Notes: generated from the letters alone by a model not told the origin. DNA of 64,000 bases from Tubiluchus corallicola (GCA_030141605.1 JAQGDQ010000456.1:88672-152671); one strand, 5' to 3'. Positions 34,061 through 47,442 are shown, counted from the first letter of the stretch. Made by a program: numbers and translations.

Positions 34061-34476
34061 GAGGGATGCCCACACTATATCTCGACACTAGGCGGAGGAG
34101 CTGCACAAGCAGCCAACCGCTAGAGGGCGGAGGAGGTCAAGTGACCCAACGGCCATGTGTAGAGGAGTAAACCTTCCAAATCAGGAGTGGAGCCCCGAAG
34201 GTGGACCAGTGCAGCATGCTCACTGACTCCGGCAGCTCCTGCAGCCAACCTGGTGCCAAACGTATCGCTCCGCTTTCCTTTGGACTACACCAGAGAGGAA
34301 GAGAGGGGGTTCCTGTTGTCTGGGCAACTCAGGATCTCCATACACCTTGCCCAGGCGTGCGCCCTGGAGACGTTCAAGGATCGGACTGCTCAGCCACAGT
34401 CAACAAATCAGACAATCCTTGTCAGCCATGCTGCCCTGCCACCTGCGCCATGCTGCCACAAGCAAATTCCCACTTT
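33941..34476 (+). mobile_element. Putative 5S-headed SINE (SINE3) with an RTE-like body
   Basis: The 5S copy runs straight into a ~410-bp GC-rich block that resembles RTE-clade 5' UTR and 3' sequence as I recall it. The 3' boundary is approximate and no TSD was found. Confidence 0.5.
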
Positions 34477-34495
34477 AGTTACCCTTTATCATCAG

Positions 34496-34607
34496 TGTGT
34501 TGCTTGTCTGTTGTCAGGTGTTCCGTTCCATCTGTGTGTTGCTTGTCTGTTGTCAGGTGTTCCGTTCCATCTGTGTGTTGCTTGTCTGTTGTCAGGTGTT
34601 CCGTTCC
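34496..34607. repeat. 39-bp tandem repeat, 3 copies
   Basis: Unit TGTGTTGCTTGTCTGTTGTCAGGTGTTCCGTTCCATCTG. Confidence 0.9.
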
Positions 34608-36017
34608 AACACTATTTTTACTCAGCACATACGTTTCCATAACGTTATGTTACTGCACACATCCGTTCCAACACTACTTTTCCATACACACATGTTTCCA
34701 TAACATTACGTTACTACGCACACATAATAAACGTCATCGCAAACTCGACACCTACACATCTAAATTTATAACGGATCTGATACGATTCTAGTCATAAATT
34801 TGTGTGCAATTTGAGAATACAACTATAACTGCTTTTTAGCTGACTCATTTAGAGTTTGATCCTAAAAACACACCACCATTTTAGCGTCCGCCTGCGAAAT
34901 TCACTTACGGAAGTGACGTGGTGCACCGGAAAAGATGCCACAAAAATCGAATTCTTCAACTTAACTGTAAAACTTTCTGCCCCTCGGGCAAGACTGTACA
35001 GGAAGAGCCAAGGTCAACTATACTGGGTGATTTTAATGTTACATTTCTTCACAAAATATAATAAAATGAAACAAGTATAGTAGCTATCTCTACATCTGTT
35101 TGGACAACAATGAAAAGCGTTCGAAGCGACACCACTGTATTGCGGTCTAGCAATGTAACAATCAGTACAGCACTGCGTTCAATGTAGTAACCTCGTTAAC
35201 TGCTTACAAAATCAAGTTCGTATTACAAGCCTGACACGCCTTCTTACCTGTGCAGATCCTGTCTAGGTACCTGAGTTATCTACCTGTTCATAAATATCAA
35301 TTTTTATTGCTCAACATTTAGGTACGGTAAATTCCGAGGTGTTGGTGATATGTAAAACGTCACAAATTGATTTATGGTAAGAACGAATGTAATACGGACA
35401 GAGTAATAAACACTTACATAATAACAGCTAAAGGTGCTTTAGCTTAAAGGAAGACAGGATTATTTTTCACATATAACCCCAGTTTCAAGTGTACATTTTA
35501 ACACGATTAATATTGTAAAGGCGTTTCTGATAATTAAATAATAGATTAAAAATTTAATTAACGGTTGCCGAGCCCAACTATTGATAACATCACAAACTAA
35601 CATAATTTTTAACAGCAAAAATGTTCCATGAGCGTGTTGCATGTGTTTGCGAAAGCGAAAGTTGAAGTACAGTGCTACTGTTAGAGATTCAATGTGTTGT
35701 ACTAAAACTAGGTAAGTTTTAAGAAAAAAATTCAAATTTAAAATTTACCGCTGTGCTCGCGCATGAGCTGTCGAACATGTGTAGTTCGTCAGAAACTAAC
35801 ACAGCTGAACTGAGAAGTACAGTATCTATTTTTGTGTAATGTGCTTCTGAAATGCAGGCGCTAGTGCCCGTCTAAATGCGAATGGCGAAATGTATTAACA
35901 GCGAAGAACTAGTGGCGCGAACGCGAAATTGTGTTTGTGTGGTGATAATTCCTTTACGTAAGTCATTTTGGAAAAAATAGTGTGTTTCCTTTCAATATTT
36001 TAAAAAGTAGATGGCAC

Positions 36018-36550
36018 GGCAATTCATTGCAAATGTTGGTCCAAGGCTTTGGAATGACATAAATGATGAATTAAAAACTGTTCAGCCAATTCAAAAATTT
36101 AAAAAGAGATACAGAGCAATGATTCTCAACAAGTACAACACTTCCTAATTTCCCACACCTACTGCAGCAGTCATACCATAATACTGGTACAGATTATGCA
36201 AAACAAGGCATCATTGATAAATCTTTAGAGCTGATGTCAACATAGCGCAATCTATTATCTTTCTTCCTACCATTTCCACTAACACATCCTTCTACCCTTC
36301 CTGTGTGATCTAACCTTTCTCCCAGTTCTTTTTTTTTGTTCACTCATTTGTTTTTATCGGGTTCACATGACAGTGGGCTTATACAAGCCTTTGCTTCTCT
36401 AGCCCACTGCAGTACAATTATTCTTTTATGATAACGATAGTGTATGAAACATAATAATTTAATACAGTATGACGTAATAATTTTGATGTCACTGTGTGCT
36501 TAATGTCATTATATTGTACTGAATGTGAAAATAATAATAAATAAAAAAAA
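36018..36550 (+). mobile_element. CR1-group (Crack/Daphne-like) LINE 3' end
   Basis: FIANVGPRLWNDINDELKTVQPIQKFKKRYRAMILNKY*, followed by a 3' UTR and an AATAATAATAAATA(A)n tail. Confidence 0.75.
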
Positions 36551-38640
36551 TTGTTTTGACCTACAGTTTAAGATTGGGTCCGGTTTTGTTTTAAACGATA
36601 CTCTTAACAAGTACTGTACTCATTTAAAAATTTAATAGATATAATATTCTTAAGGATCACGACAAACAGAACCCAAATTTGCGCAATGTGATTACACAAA
36701 TGTTCAAAAGCTAAAATAAGAAAACTACTGGTCAACCATGAAGGCCACTAGTATCACCGAGTAGGAAATGAAATGGTAATTTACCCTGGAAACCATGGAA
36801 ACTAACACCGTAAACAAACAAGTTAATAAGATGCGCGCTATTAACTATCATTATGAGAGATATTGCTAAGAGGTGTGTAAACAAATTTTGTATACAATCA
36901 GTTGGAACTTACCGAAAAATCGAAAATTTTCCATGTATACAGAGAGTAAGAAGGCAACTAGAAACGTGACTACTGTCAATGTACAACGCAGAGAGCTCTG
37001 TCAAACTTTGCAGTCTTTCAAAACGTGATATTCTTTGTTCTTCCAGAACACAACTGATTTAAGAAAGTGCTAGAAAATACTCACTATATTCTCAACGTGA
37101 AAGCAGCGCCACCACAAATGCACGTAGAAAAGTTAAGCACAAAACAAGCGAAAAAAAACCACCTAGTGACAACTAGTAATCTCTCACACCGGCACATTAA
37201 CCTTCGTGCAGTTCATGAGCGCATCACGAGAGCAGCAAGGAAACTGGCACACCTGTGTGTTTCTACCTGTATGTACCTGAGAAGTGAGAAGTTGACAAAC
37301 AGAGAACTAAGAATCGATCCCGGGGTGTGGGTATACTGCGAGGCGGATGACCAACTAGCAAACTCGAACTTACTACATAATGAATCGCACAAAAATATCA
37401 AAATATACAAAATAGTGACTTCCACGTATCCATAACGAGCTCATTAATCTTTAAAACGTGCACTAGGTGGCGACAGCGCCATTCTCACCCCGCGGCGTAG
37501 ATTTCTTGCGTTTTCCACGGGGGCAAAGTCGCGCTACTCAGCCGTACACCTACGAGTCCAGCAAAAATGCACCTTGTGTGAAGAAAGGAATGCAAGGAAT
37601 GCAGAAAATGTAATTCCCGTAGTAGTAACTGTATTTGTACAGCAATTTCACTCCTTTATATGCTAAATTTTAAACTATAAAACCGTGAAAGACTGACGTC
37701 ACAACAAGTAATAGCCATTTTTTTCAATTATACGTTAAAGTTGTTAATTGAATTCCTCAAATGTTAAACAACTTGTGGGAACCGAACTAGATGGATCGTT
37801 GTAAGTAACAGCGCATGCGTTAAGATTATTTCTGTGCTGTATGAACTACTTGCGAAAAGCAAACTGTTGTTGATAGTATGTTTAAAAGACTATTAAAAAA
37901 AACTAATTATTAAATAAGCTTGAGATGGATATAACACACTATCCCCTCATTTAGTTCATTTTACCAAAACATTAAGTTGTATTGACTAATGTTGTACGTT
38001 ATGCTGCTGCTGCTATGACTACTGCTACCACAGTTACTGTGCTACCACTGCTACTACTAAACTTGTACTACTGTAACTACTTCCACTACCACTCTTACCA
38101 CCACCACCACCACTACCACTACAATTGTACCTGTTCTACCAAATTTGTCATGAAAGTGGAATGGATAATACGGTGCTCCAGCGAAGATTGAAAGCAGGAC
38201 TAGCAATAAAGCAAGTATGTCGCTATTCATATATCCAAAATATAGCATTGTTCATAACAATCTTCAAAAAGCAATTCCACTACTTACTAGTCTAACCACA
38301 AACTTGATACGAATGAAATGCAAAAAGTAACATTACGCGCGTTGACTTTGCATTTGCTTGTTTCACCCCTTAACCGAAGCTAAAATGGAAAACAAACATT
38401 AATAGCCTAAAGGCAATGGGATGGAATGCTGGGGTGACGTCACTGACCACATACGACAGCGTCACAGCTTTGCTGTTTCAAAAATGTTTAGCCGAAAACC
38501 ACCCCGACAAAGATGGCTCCAAATGGTCAAAGAACTAAAAACTAATAAGTTTATATACTTGTTTTGTCAATATTTGTTTGTTGTATGCTTCGTAAAAGAA
38601 AATGTATGCACTAATAAATAAATAGTACATAAAGTAGTTC

Positions 38641-38940
38641 AATTCCGTTAGCTTTGTTTTCAAACACTTAGATTCCGTTAGTTTTATATTCAAACACTTG
38701 GCTATCTGTTAATGCATTTACACTTCAATTCCGTTAGTTTTATTTTCAAACACTTGGCTATCTGTTAATGCATTTACACTTTAATTCCGTTAGTTTTATA
38801 TTCAAACACTTGGCTATCTGTTAATGCATTTACACTTTAATTCCGTTAATTTTATTTTCAAACACTTGGCTATCTGTTAATGCATTTACAATTCAATTCC
38901 GTTAGTTTTATTTTCAAACACTTGGCTATCTGTTAATGTA
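38641..38940. repeat. ~55-60-bp tandem repeat
   Basis: AATTCCGTTAGTTTTATTTTCAAACACTTGGCTATCTGTTAATG repeated. Confidence 0.88.
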
Positions 38941-39720
38941 TTTATTTCTTTTCTACAGGTTTGTTTATTCTATTTGGTTTCTTTGCATGTTTATTGCATA
39001 ATTTTCTATACTGCAGGCTCTGCCTATTTAAACTAGTTTGTCGTTTACATAGTGCAGAACTAACGATTACAGTTGATTGCTGTTGAAACGTTTGGACATG
39101 TTTTTTAACAGTTGTAAACGGAAGTTTTTAATAAAAGTTGTTCGAGTTGTTTAAATAACAAATAAATATGTATAAATAGTATATGTATATGTATATATAT
39201 ATATATATAGTATAGAAACGAAAAAGCTGTGCATGTAATAAGAAATAAATATGTATAAATTTAAAAATATATATATATATAGTATAGAAACGAAAAAGCT
39301 GTGCATGTAATAAGAAATAAATATGTATAAATTTAAAAATATATATATAGTATAGAAACGAAAAAGCTGTGTATGTAATAAGAAATAAATGTGATGGAAG
39401 ACAGGCAGTGATCTGTTTGAGGATTTAGTTCCTTCCTGTCATCCATGGCACCATGTCGTAGGCACAACCTTCATATTGATTACGGCTATAAAATTTTACT
39501 GTTTACTTTCACTCATGTATTTATTTATTGTGCCTAATAAATAATAAATAATAAAACAATAAATGGTCGAGCACTTGGCAAACTGGCATTTCGGGAACCA
39601 CAACAACAGCTAGGGGCAATCTAAAATGTGAACGTGCCTTTGCCTAAACACAACGGTGGTGGTCATTGGTGGTGGTCAAATTTTCTGAATGTCAAAAATA
39701 TGCTCAATCTCGTAGAAAAG

Positions 39721-40255
39721 TTGACAGTGTGATGCAAGACTCAGACCATGACAACGTGATGTAGGACTCACAGATCCTGACAATGTGATGTGGGAGTCAC
39801 AGAAGCTGACAATGTGATACAAGACTCACAGACCCTGACAATGTGATGCAAGACTCACAGACCATGACAACGTGATGTAGGACTCACAGATCCTGACAAT
39901 GTGATGTGGGAGTCACAGAAGCTGACAATGTGATGCAAGACTCACAGATCCTGACAATGTGATGTGGGAGTCACAGAAGCTGACAATGTGATACAAGACT
40001 CACAGACCCTGACAATGTGATACAAGACTCACAGACCCTGACAATGTGATACAAGACTCACAGACCCTGACAATGTGATACAAGACTCACAGACCCTGAC
40101 AATGTGATACAAGACTCACAGACCCTGACAATGTGATACAAGACTCACAGACCCTGACAATGTGATACAAGACTCACAGACCCTGACAATGTGATACAAG
40201 ACTCAAAGACCCTGACAATGTGATGTAGGACTCACAGACCCTGACAATGTGCTAC
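39721..40255. repeat. 29-bp minisatellite
   Basis: Unit CTGACAATGTGATACAAGACTCACAGACC. Confidence 0.95.
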
Positions 40256-40258
40256 AGG

Positions 40259-40927
40259 ACTGTAATTTTGTCAGACAGTTCAACAGCAGGTATAACACAT
40301 CAACTGTAATTTTGTCAGACAGTTCAACAGCAGGTATAACATATCAACTGTAATTTTGTCAGACAGTTCAACAGCAGGTATAACATATCAACTGTAATTT
40401 TGTCACTCAGTTCAACAGCAGGTATAACATATCAACTGTAATTTTGTCAGATAGGTCAACAGCAGGTATAACATATCAGCTGTAATTTTGTCAGACAGTT
40501 CAACAGCAGGTATAACATATCAACTGTAATTTTGTCAGACAGTTCAACAGCAGGTATAACATATCAACTGTAATTTTGTCAGATAGGTCAACAGCAGGTA
40601 TAACATATCAACTGTAATTTTGTCAGACAGTTCAACAGCAGGTATAACATATCAACTGTAATTTTGTCAGACAGTTCAACAGCTGGTATAACATATCAAC
40701 TGTAATTTTGTCAGATAGTTCAACAGCTGGTATAACATATCAACTGTAATTTTGTCAGACAGTTCAACAGCAGGTACAACATATCAACTGTAATTTTGTC
40801 AGACAGTTCAACAGCAGGTATTACATATCAACTGTAATTTTGTGAGACAGTTCAACAGCAGGTATAACATATCAACTGTAATTTTGTCAGACAGTTCAAC
40901 AGCTGGTATAACATATCAACTGTAATT
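40259..40927. repeat. 44-bp minisatellite, ~15 copies
   Basis: Unit ACTGTAATTTTGTCAGACAGTTCAACAGCAGGTATAACATATCA. Confidence 0.95.
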
Positions 40928-42518
40928 ACAGCAAAAGTATAAATCTTACTGAGCACACGCACAGTTTTCAGTCGGCACTTTTCAAAGAAATGAATCGAAA
41001 TTGATTTCCGGCGTCCGTTGCCATGACAACAAGCATTAAAGTGAGACAAAATTCAGGCCTAAAAGTTCGAGAATCGTGTGAAATTCTAAATCGGTAACTC
41101 CCATTTGGAGACGTGCCAAGCAAAACAACAAGCTCGCGGTCTGTTAGTATAAGAGATTTAGAACCTGTTTGAACAATTGCTGTAATTAGTGCAAACTTTG
41201 TACAGTGCGACTGTTCTCCATATGAATGAAAACAAGTAAAAAGTGACAGACAAGAAAAAAGAACAAATTACACGAATACAGTAGTAAGAAGACAAACATT
41301 GTAAAATGCATTAAAATATACTAATTTTCTAAATTCAAACGATTACAGCTGCTTTGTGCTTATTGGTAACTAATAATCTTGCTTAGCAATCAGGTCATCT
41401 GAAAGACTCGAGTTCAATTCCCGAGATAAACCGTCTCTATCTTTTAGCCTAGGGGTTATACTAATTCTTTCAGTAATAGGAAGTGATCTTGAAATGCACT
41501 TAAATTTGGTTAAATCATAATTTGAGAAATGCTAAAGCCAACTAAATTTACAAAGAAACCTTAGGTTTATCTCAGGTTATATTTCTCATTTGAAATTAGG
41601 CAACACTGCGCCTGTTTAGCACCTGAATTGCGAACCGAAACTGTATGTAGTTTCGTGAAGCACACGCATACATGCCAGGTAGCTTGTACGCGGCGAACAC
41701 TGTATAGATGTAATCTATGGATTCATATGCCGTGTTTTTCCGCTCTTTCAGCAATCTAATTTAACGTTAGTTTAGCAAACTGCCGCCAAACGCAGTCTTG
41801 TCTTGATGTGAATTTTAGGATCTAATTGGTTCAATATTTGATAAAGCAAAATTTTAATACAAAAAATGAGCCTTATGAACAAGTAAAATTGTGGACAAAC
41901 GGAGCAATACTAACACATTCATTCATAATCTGCTGTGTACAGTAGTACAGCACTTTCGGGCCACCCTTTACGCTAAACAAACAATGACTCTTGTTTTGCC
42001 AGCATCTGATTCTCTATGAAGCCAAACATAACTTAACACTTGACTGAACATCGAAGCCCCACTTAAGCTGGCAAGCAAGTGTTACTAACTAACGCGGAAG
42101 TATTCGCGGAATGTTTTCAAGCAGTGCGTGAAGAGGCTCAATTACTGAGGGGAAAAAGTTGAAAAACAACATGTAAAGAGATCATAATGATGTTATCAGC
42201 ACTAAGATGAAACGTCAAAGTTGACAAGCTTGCCAGATTACTGCTCCAAACATCCTAATGACATTAAAAGGTGGAAGACCGAAATACACTGTGGAAGAAG
42301 CTTTACTAAAACTCAAATTTTTGCAACATAGGCCAAAAGCTGTAACAGAATGTAGAATATAAAATATTATTTTGCTAATGTTAGCTAGTAATTGCCTTTT
42401 ATGCAAATTTCCCACGCATGCGCAGAAAGAGTTTGCTATATCGAAGAATCCTTCAGAAGTGTGTAGTTGAGGGAAGCTTTCGTCATACAATCGAATGCAG
42501 TTTTTCTATTGCCGAATT

Positions 42519-43267
42519 TGGTGCTCATTGTCAAACAACAGGCCACATAATTTGTATTAGAACATGGCGCCCATTGTTTGCCAAACAGTAGGCCACAGAG
42601 TTTGTATTAGAACATGGCACTCATTGTTTGCTAAACAACAGGCCACAGAATTCCCATTGTTTGCCAAACAATAGGCCACAGAGTTTGTATTAGAACATGG
42701 CGCTCATTGTTTGCTAAACAATAGGCCACATAATTTGTATTAGAACATAGTGCCCATTGTCTGCCAAACAATAGGCCACAGAGTTTGTATTAGAACATGG
42801 CACTCATTGTTTGCTAAACAACAGGCCACAGAATTTGTATTAGAACATAGTGCCCATTGTTTGCCAAACAATAGGCCACAGAGTTTGTATTAGAACATGG
42901 CACTCATTGTTTGCTAAACAATACGCCACATAATTTGTATTAGAACATAGTGCTCATTGTTTGGCTAGCAACAGGCCACAGAATTTGTATTAGAACATGG
43001 CGCCCATTGTTTGCCAAACAATAGGCCACAGAATTTGTATTAGAACATGGTGCTCATTGTTTGCTAAACAATAGACCACAGAATGTATATTAGAACATGG
43101 CGCTCATTGTTTGCTAAACAATAGGCCACCGAGTTTGTATTAGAACATGGCACTCATTGTTTGCTAAACAATAGACCACAGAATGTGTATTAGAGCATGA
43201 CGCCCATTGTTTGCCAAACAACAGGTTACAGAAATTGTATTAGAACATGGCGCCCATTGTTTGCCAC
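42519..43267. repeat. 50-bp minisatellite, ~15 copies, each with an internal palindrome
   Basis: Unit CATTGTTTGCCAAACAATAGGCCACAGAGTTTGTATTAGAACATGGCGCT. Confidence 0.95.
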
Positions 43268-43310
43268 ACTTTGCGAGAGGTTAGCAGGTAGCAATCTCTC
43301 TCTCTCTATG

Positions 43311-43520
43311 AATCCAGGTAATAAAGTCACATGAAAAAATCACAGGTAAAAAGTCAGAAGAAAAAAGGCACAGGAAAAAGAAACCACCCTAACCCTGACC
43401 CTAACCCTAACTCTAACCCTGACCCTAACTCTAACCATGACCCTAACACTAACTCTAACGCTAACCCTCTCCCTAGCCAAAATAAATTGAGATTTTTTTC
43501 CTATGACTTTTTTCCGTATT
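43311..43520. mobile_element. MITE with an internal (CCCTAA)n-like core; related partial copy at ~27555-27653
   Basis: Left subrepeats GGTAAAAAGTCA/CACAGGAAAAA, right CCTATGACTTTTTTCC; 27620-27653 has CCTGTGACTTTTTTACC next to (GGTTA)n. Confidence 0.65.
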
Positions 43521-43849
43521 AGTATCACCGGTCACTCACTCACCGGTCAATCTATATGGTGTCTAATGACCACAATGATGCAATGAAGAGGACATGCATA
43601 AGGAAAATGCACACGATGACCTTTTGTCTAATGACAGGATTAGACCAGCATGGAATCCCAAACGCCTCTCAAGTGCACATGAATTCCTTCTCTTCCACAA
43701 CCACTTCTAGAGCACTTTACATATTACACGCGAGTAGGGCTACTCCACATACCTTCCCTTTTTCTCTCCTCCACAAATAGATTACTAAATGGGTTTGCTG
43801 TTGCAAAGAAAACAGCACAAAAGTTAAAATAAGTACAGAGAACAGAATC

Positions 43850-44345
43850 TTCTGAAAAACTGCCAATGCAGAACTACTAGAATTGTTTGTGACTGATAAG
43901 TTACATGCTTTCATGGCCCCTAACAAGCCGTCAGGCATGCGAGTGATCAGCTAACGTCACCTGATTAGTTTTCAACACACCAAGACGACAGAAACAGAAG
44001 TATGTGTTTCTCTATCAGCAAAAAAGCCCTTCCCCTTGATGGAGCATGTTTTCTATAATCCTACAATGACGTGGCATCAAATGTGACTACATAAGCACTC
44101 GCTGAAATCACTCATGGATACTCCACACCCACGACCCACAAAATGGCCCACGCTCTAACGGAGCTGATCCACCCCATATCTCAATATTCATTCGGTCTTA
44201 ACTCTATTCTGCAGAAGACTTCTTCAGTAGCAGGTGAAAATAATCAAGATTGGTCAAATTTCCAAACAATGGACACCTGTATTACTTGAACGTCACAAAT
44301 TTCCTACAGCAGAAGTAGACAACATCATTGCACAAGCATTGTTGT
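43850..44345 (+). mobile_element. Possible highly decayed Penelope RT fragment
   Basis: Weak, frameshifted motifs: GYSTPTTHKMAHALTELIHP (cf. GTPTY.LAK.L..L..P) and LNVT..FPTAEVDNII (cf. LDVTSLFTNVPVDETI). Confidence 0.35.
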
Positions 44346-44492
44346 GTTAAAATTAAAGCTGCATTCTATAGACCATGTTATTTTTATTCTAGCTAAAAAA
44401 TCCAGACATTTTTTGGCAAATATTTCTACCAGGGTCACGTGGGTGAAGCTTCAGAAAAAGATGACCCAAGTCGCTCATGACCTCATGTGTGT

Positions 44493-44673
44493 GGGGTGGT
44501 GGTGGTGGTGGTGGTAGTGGTACTGGTAGTAGTCATAGTAGTGGTAGTAGTAGAGGTAGTACTAGTGGTGGTGGTGGTGGTGGTGGTGGTGGTGGTGGTG
44601 GTGGTGGTGGTGGTGGTGGTGGTGGTGGTGGTGGTGGTGGTGGGGATGGTGGTAGTAGTAGTAGTAGTAGTAG

Positions 44674-44715
<42 letters not shown>

Positions 44716-44740
44716 TAATAATAATAATAATAAATAATAA
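44493..44740. repeat. Compound (GGT)n(AGT)n(AAT)n microsatellite
   Basis: Direct inspection. Confidence 0.95.
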
Positions 44741-45190
44741 TGTATTTATTTATAAACCGCCCTTTCAATAAAATTTTTTTTAATAAAGCACGTAGACAAA
44801 ATACTGAAAAATATCATGCAATTAGACCTATCTATAGAACAAAAAAATCTGCAACACACTTACCACTTATACATTAAAATACTACTAACAAAAGATGAAT
44901 TTTCAGTTTCGTTTTAAAAGAATTTAAATTTAAGCATCCTCTAATGTTTGAAAATCCTAAATCAGCAAAGATTTTCTTTCATTATTTAAATAATTAATTA
45001 AAGACACTTGCTTTTTATTAAAAGGTACAACAAATTCTAATTCATTAGCTCGCCTACTCCTGTTATAAACACGGATATTGTAAGCCAAGTAAGCTGTAGC
45101 CAGTCCATGTAACGGTTTGTAGGATAAAACTAATATTTTAAAAGTAAACCAGCATCTGACTAATAGCCAATGAAGTCTAAACAAAAAGTG
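44675..45190 (-). mobile_element. L2-clade LINE 3' fragment
   Basis: LHWLLVRCWFTFKILVLSYKPLHGLATAYL (cf. LHWLPV..RI.FKIL.L.YKALHGLAP.YL); AATAAA followed by a (TTA)n tail on the minus strand. Confidence 0.8.
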
Positions 45191-45874
45191 TGCGTTTAAA
45201 TCCACTTCATTCATCGAAATCAATGTACATTGTAGGATTTAATCGACCTGTTGTACAGTACATTCCAGTCACCACATGGTACCTTCTTTTGACTTAGCGC
45301 CACGTGTTACGCATGCGCAGAAACGGGATGGTGCAATAACCACAGCAAAACTGCGCTACGAACGTACACATTCCAAGCTGGCAGAAAGAAAACAATCTCA
45401 GTTCAATCCAACTTTAGATTCGTTTGTGAGAGAAAATTTACACCTTCGTTCAGAGTTGAACTCGATACTTCTGAGTGAGATAAACACAGTGAATTATAAC
45501 ATAGGGGGATTATTCAACATCTCTGAGCTTCGTTCGAAACGGAAGTTCAAGTTGGTCTTAAATAAGTTTTTATTATAATAACATTTTACACATATTACAG
45601 TCCATGAAAAAGCTGTAAAGACTGTTTAAAGTTGTCTGGACTGTTAATGAAGTATCAAAAAATATATAATACTGAAACTAGTTGATGTTTCTGACGTGAT
45701 GAGGAACTGATGATTCTGCAAACAATAGTTATAAACAATAGTTATAAAATTGACTTATAAAAATGAAGAGGTAACAGCCTTTGTTTGAAAGTTATTATTT
45801 TCACCTTGCTTGAAGACATATGGGAAGTACATTTCTCAATGAAAGCTCAGCAATTAACTGTTCAGCCTGTCACC

Positions 45875-46447
45875 TATGGGTCAAAGGTCAACCAATCTCG
45901 GCATGAACTCATATCATTTAGTTTTTGACACTGAGACCTTTCATTGATATACTACAAGCTAATTTCGGTTAACACCTAAAGACTCTCTGCCCTTATTTTG
46001 CCTCTGCTTGGGTCAGCGGTCAACCAAGCTAGGCACAACTTATACCATTAAATTCCGCTCACTGAGACCTTTCATTTGATGTGCTACAAGGTAGTTTTGT
46101 TCGACAATGAAAAGCCCTTGTCTCCTCGACCACTATATTGCCACTAACTGGGTCACAGGTTAACGATTCACACTGTAACCTATGCCATTCGATTCGCCTC
46201 ATCAAAACCTTTCATTTGATATGCTGTATGATACTATTTGTAGACACTCGATGCACTTCTGTTGCCGACCCCCATTTTTCGGTTTTGCCCCCTAGCGGGA
46301 TCGCAGGATAACTACTCTCATTTTAACCTATGCCGTTCAATCTGCCTCATCGAGACCTTTTATTTGATGTGCTACAAGATACCATTGCTCAACACTTGGT
46401 GCACTTCTGTTCCTGACCCTCATTTTTCGGTTTTTGCCCCCTAGCGG

Positions 46448-46450
<3 letters not shown>
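45875..46450. repeat. Degenerate ~130-150-bp repeat with a GAGACCTTTCATTTGAT core, 4 copies
   Basis: Core at about 45933, 46063, 46205 and 46352. Confidence 0.65.
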
Positions 46451-46487
<37 letters not shown>

Positions 46488-47442
46488 TGTATATATATAT
46501 ATATAACATGCCAGCGAAATTACTTCTACAGATTTTACTGAAGTCAGTGGAGATAAATCAGCACCAGTGTCACATGGTTGAATTTTGATGTGCATTTGAT
46601 CAGACGGGCAGCAGAATTTTGTAAGTTTTTATTAAAAATTATAAATAATGCCAGATTCATAAGTGACGAATGGGATTTATATTTTAAATACATTCAGAAG
46701 TAGCAGACTCTATTAAATTTATTTCAGTAGAATTTAAGCATAAAAAAATTCATTAAAAAGAATACCGCTATGATAATTTTCAGGTTTCAACACGCACCCT
46801 GTATCTACAACCTGGAACACACGTCTTACCAATTACAGCTTATAATACCAGCTTGAGCTGTACACCTGGCGCTCCTAATCTGTTACCATGGAAATACCTG
46901 GAGGCTTTGTTCAGGGAAGAACCCGTTATCCGGCTGTAAGAGGAGGACAAGAGAGATTATTGTTAAGAAGTTACAGTGTAAGCGTGCCAGCTATGAGCTT
47001 GACACAAACACGTTTCGTGAATGGCAGGAAGAAGAACCCCCTACCACCCCCTCACGTACATGTGTACACAGGGCCCAGAACTTTGATTACTTCAAATATG
47101 AGAAACAATAGTTAACTTTTATAGGCAAGGAAAAATATTTTTTGGACATTTTGAGTCTAATCAATCGTCCGGTTTTCCTTTAATGTTCCCCACAAAGCAA
47201 ATGACGTTGCAATTTGCAGAAAAAATCTTGGCTACCTCCTATATATAGGGAAACCACAGCAAAACTATGAGAACAAAATAAACTTTAAAATAAACTGTAG
47301 AATTAGAAAACCTGGGCGTTTTAAATTAAGCTAAATTCAATTTGTTCAATGTTATATTACTATTCATATTCATTGGATTGCAACTGTCTTTTTTTATTAA
47401 ATAGTAAGCTTGTTTAATTGTTACATAAATATTAATTGCACA

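Noticed and set aside
34187-34791. 151-aa and 196-aa ORFs after the 5S copy
   Set aside because: They start at non-ATG codons, span a GC-rich repeat body and a 39-bp tandem repeat, and show no recognisable domain.
37150-37375. tRNA-like A/B boxes on the minus strand (also ~16733-16775 and ~41360-41425)
   Set aside because: No cloverleaf can be formed; at most decayed tRNA-SINE heads, not tRNA genes.
42519-43267. CRISPR-like appearance (palindromic repeats at regular spacing)
   Set aside because: The intervening sequence is repeated, not unique spacers; no cas genes; eukaryotic context. The same applies to the other arrays.
44165-44230. Second hammerhead-like motif on the minus strand (CTGAAGA-gtctt..aagac-cGAAT)
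   Set aside because: The GAAA core is broken and there are no convincing stems I or III.
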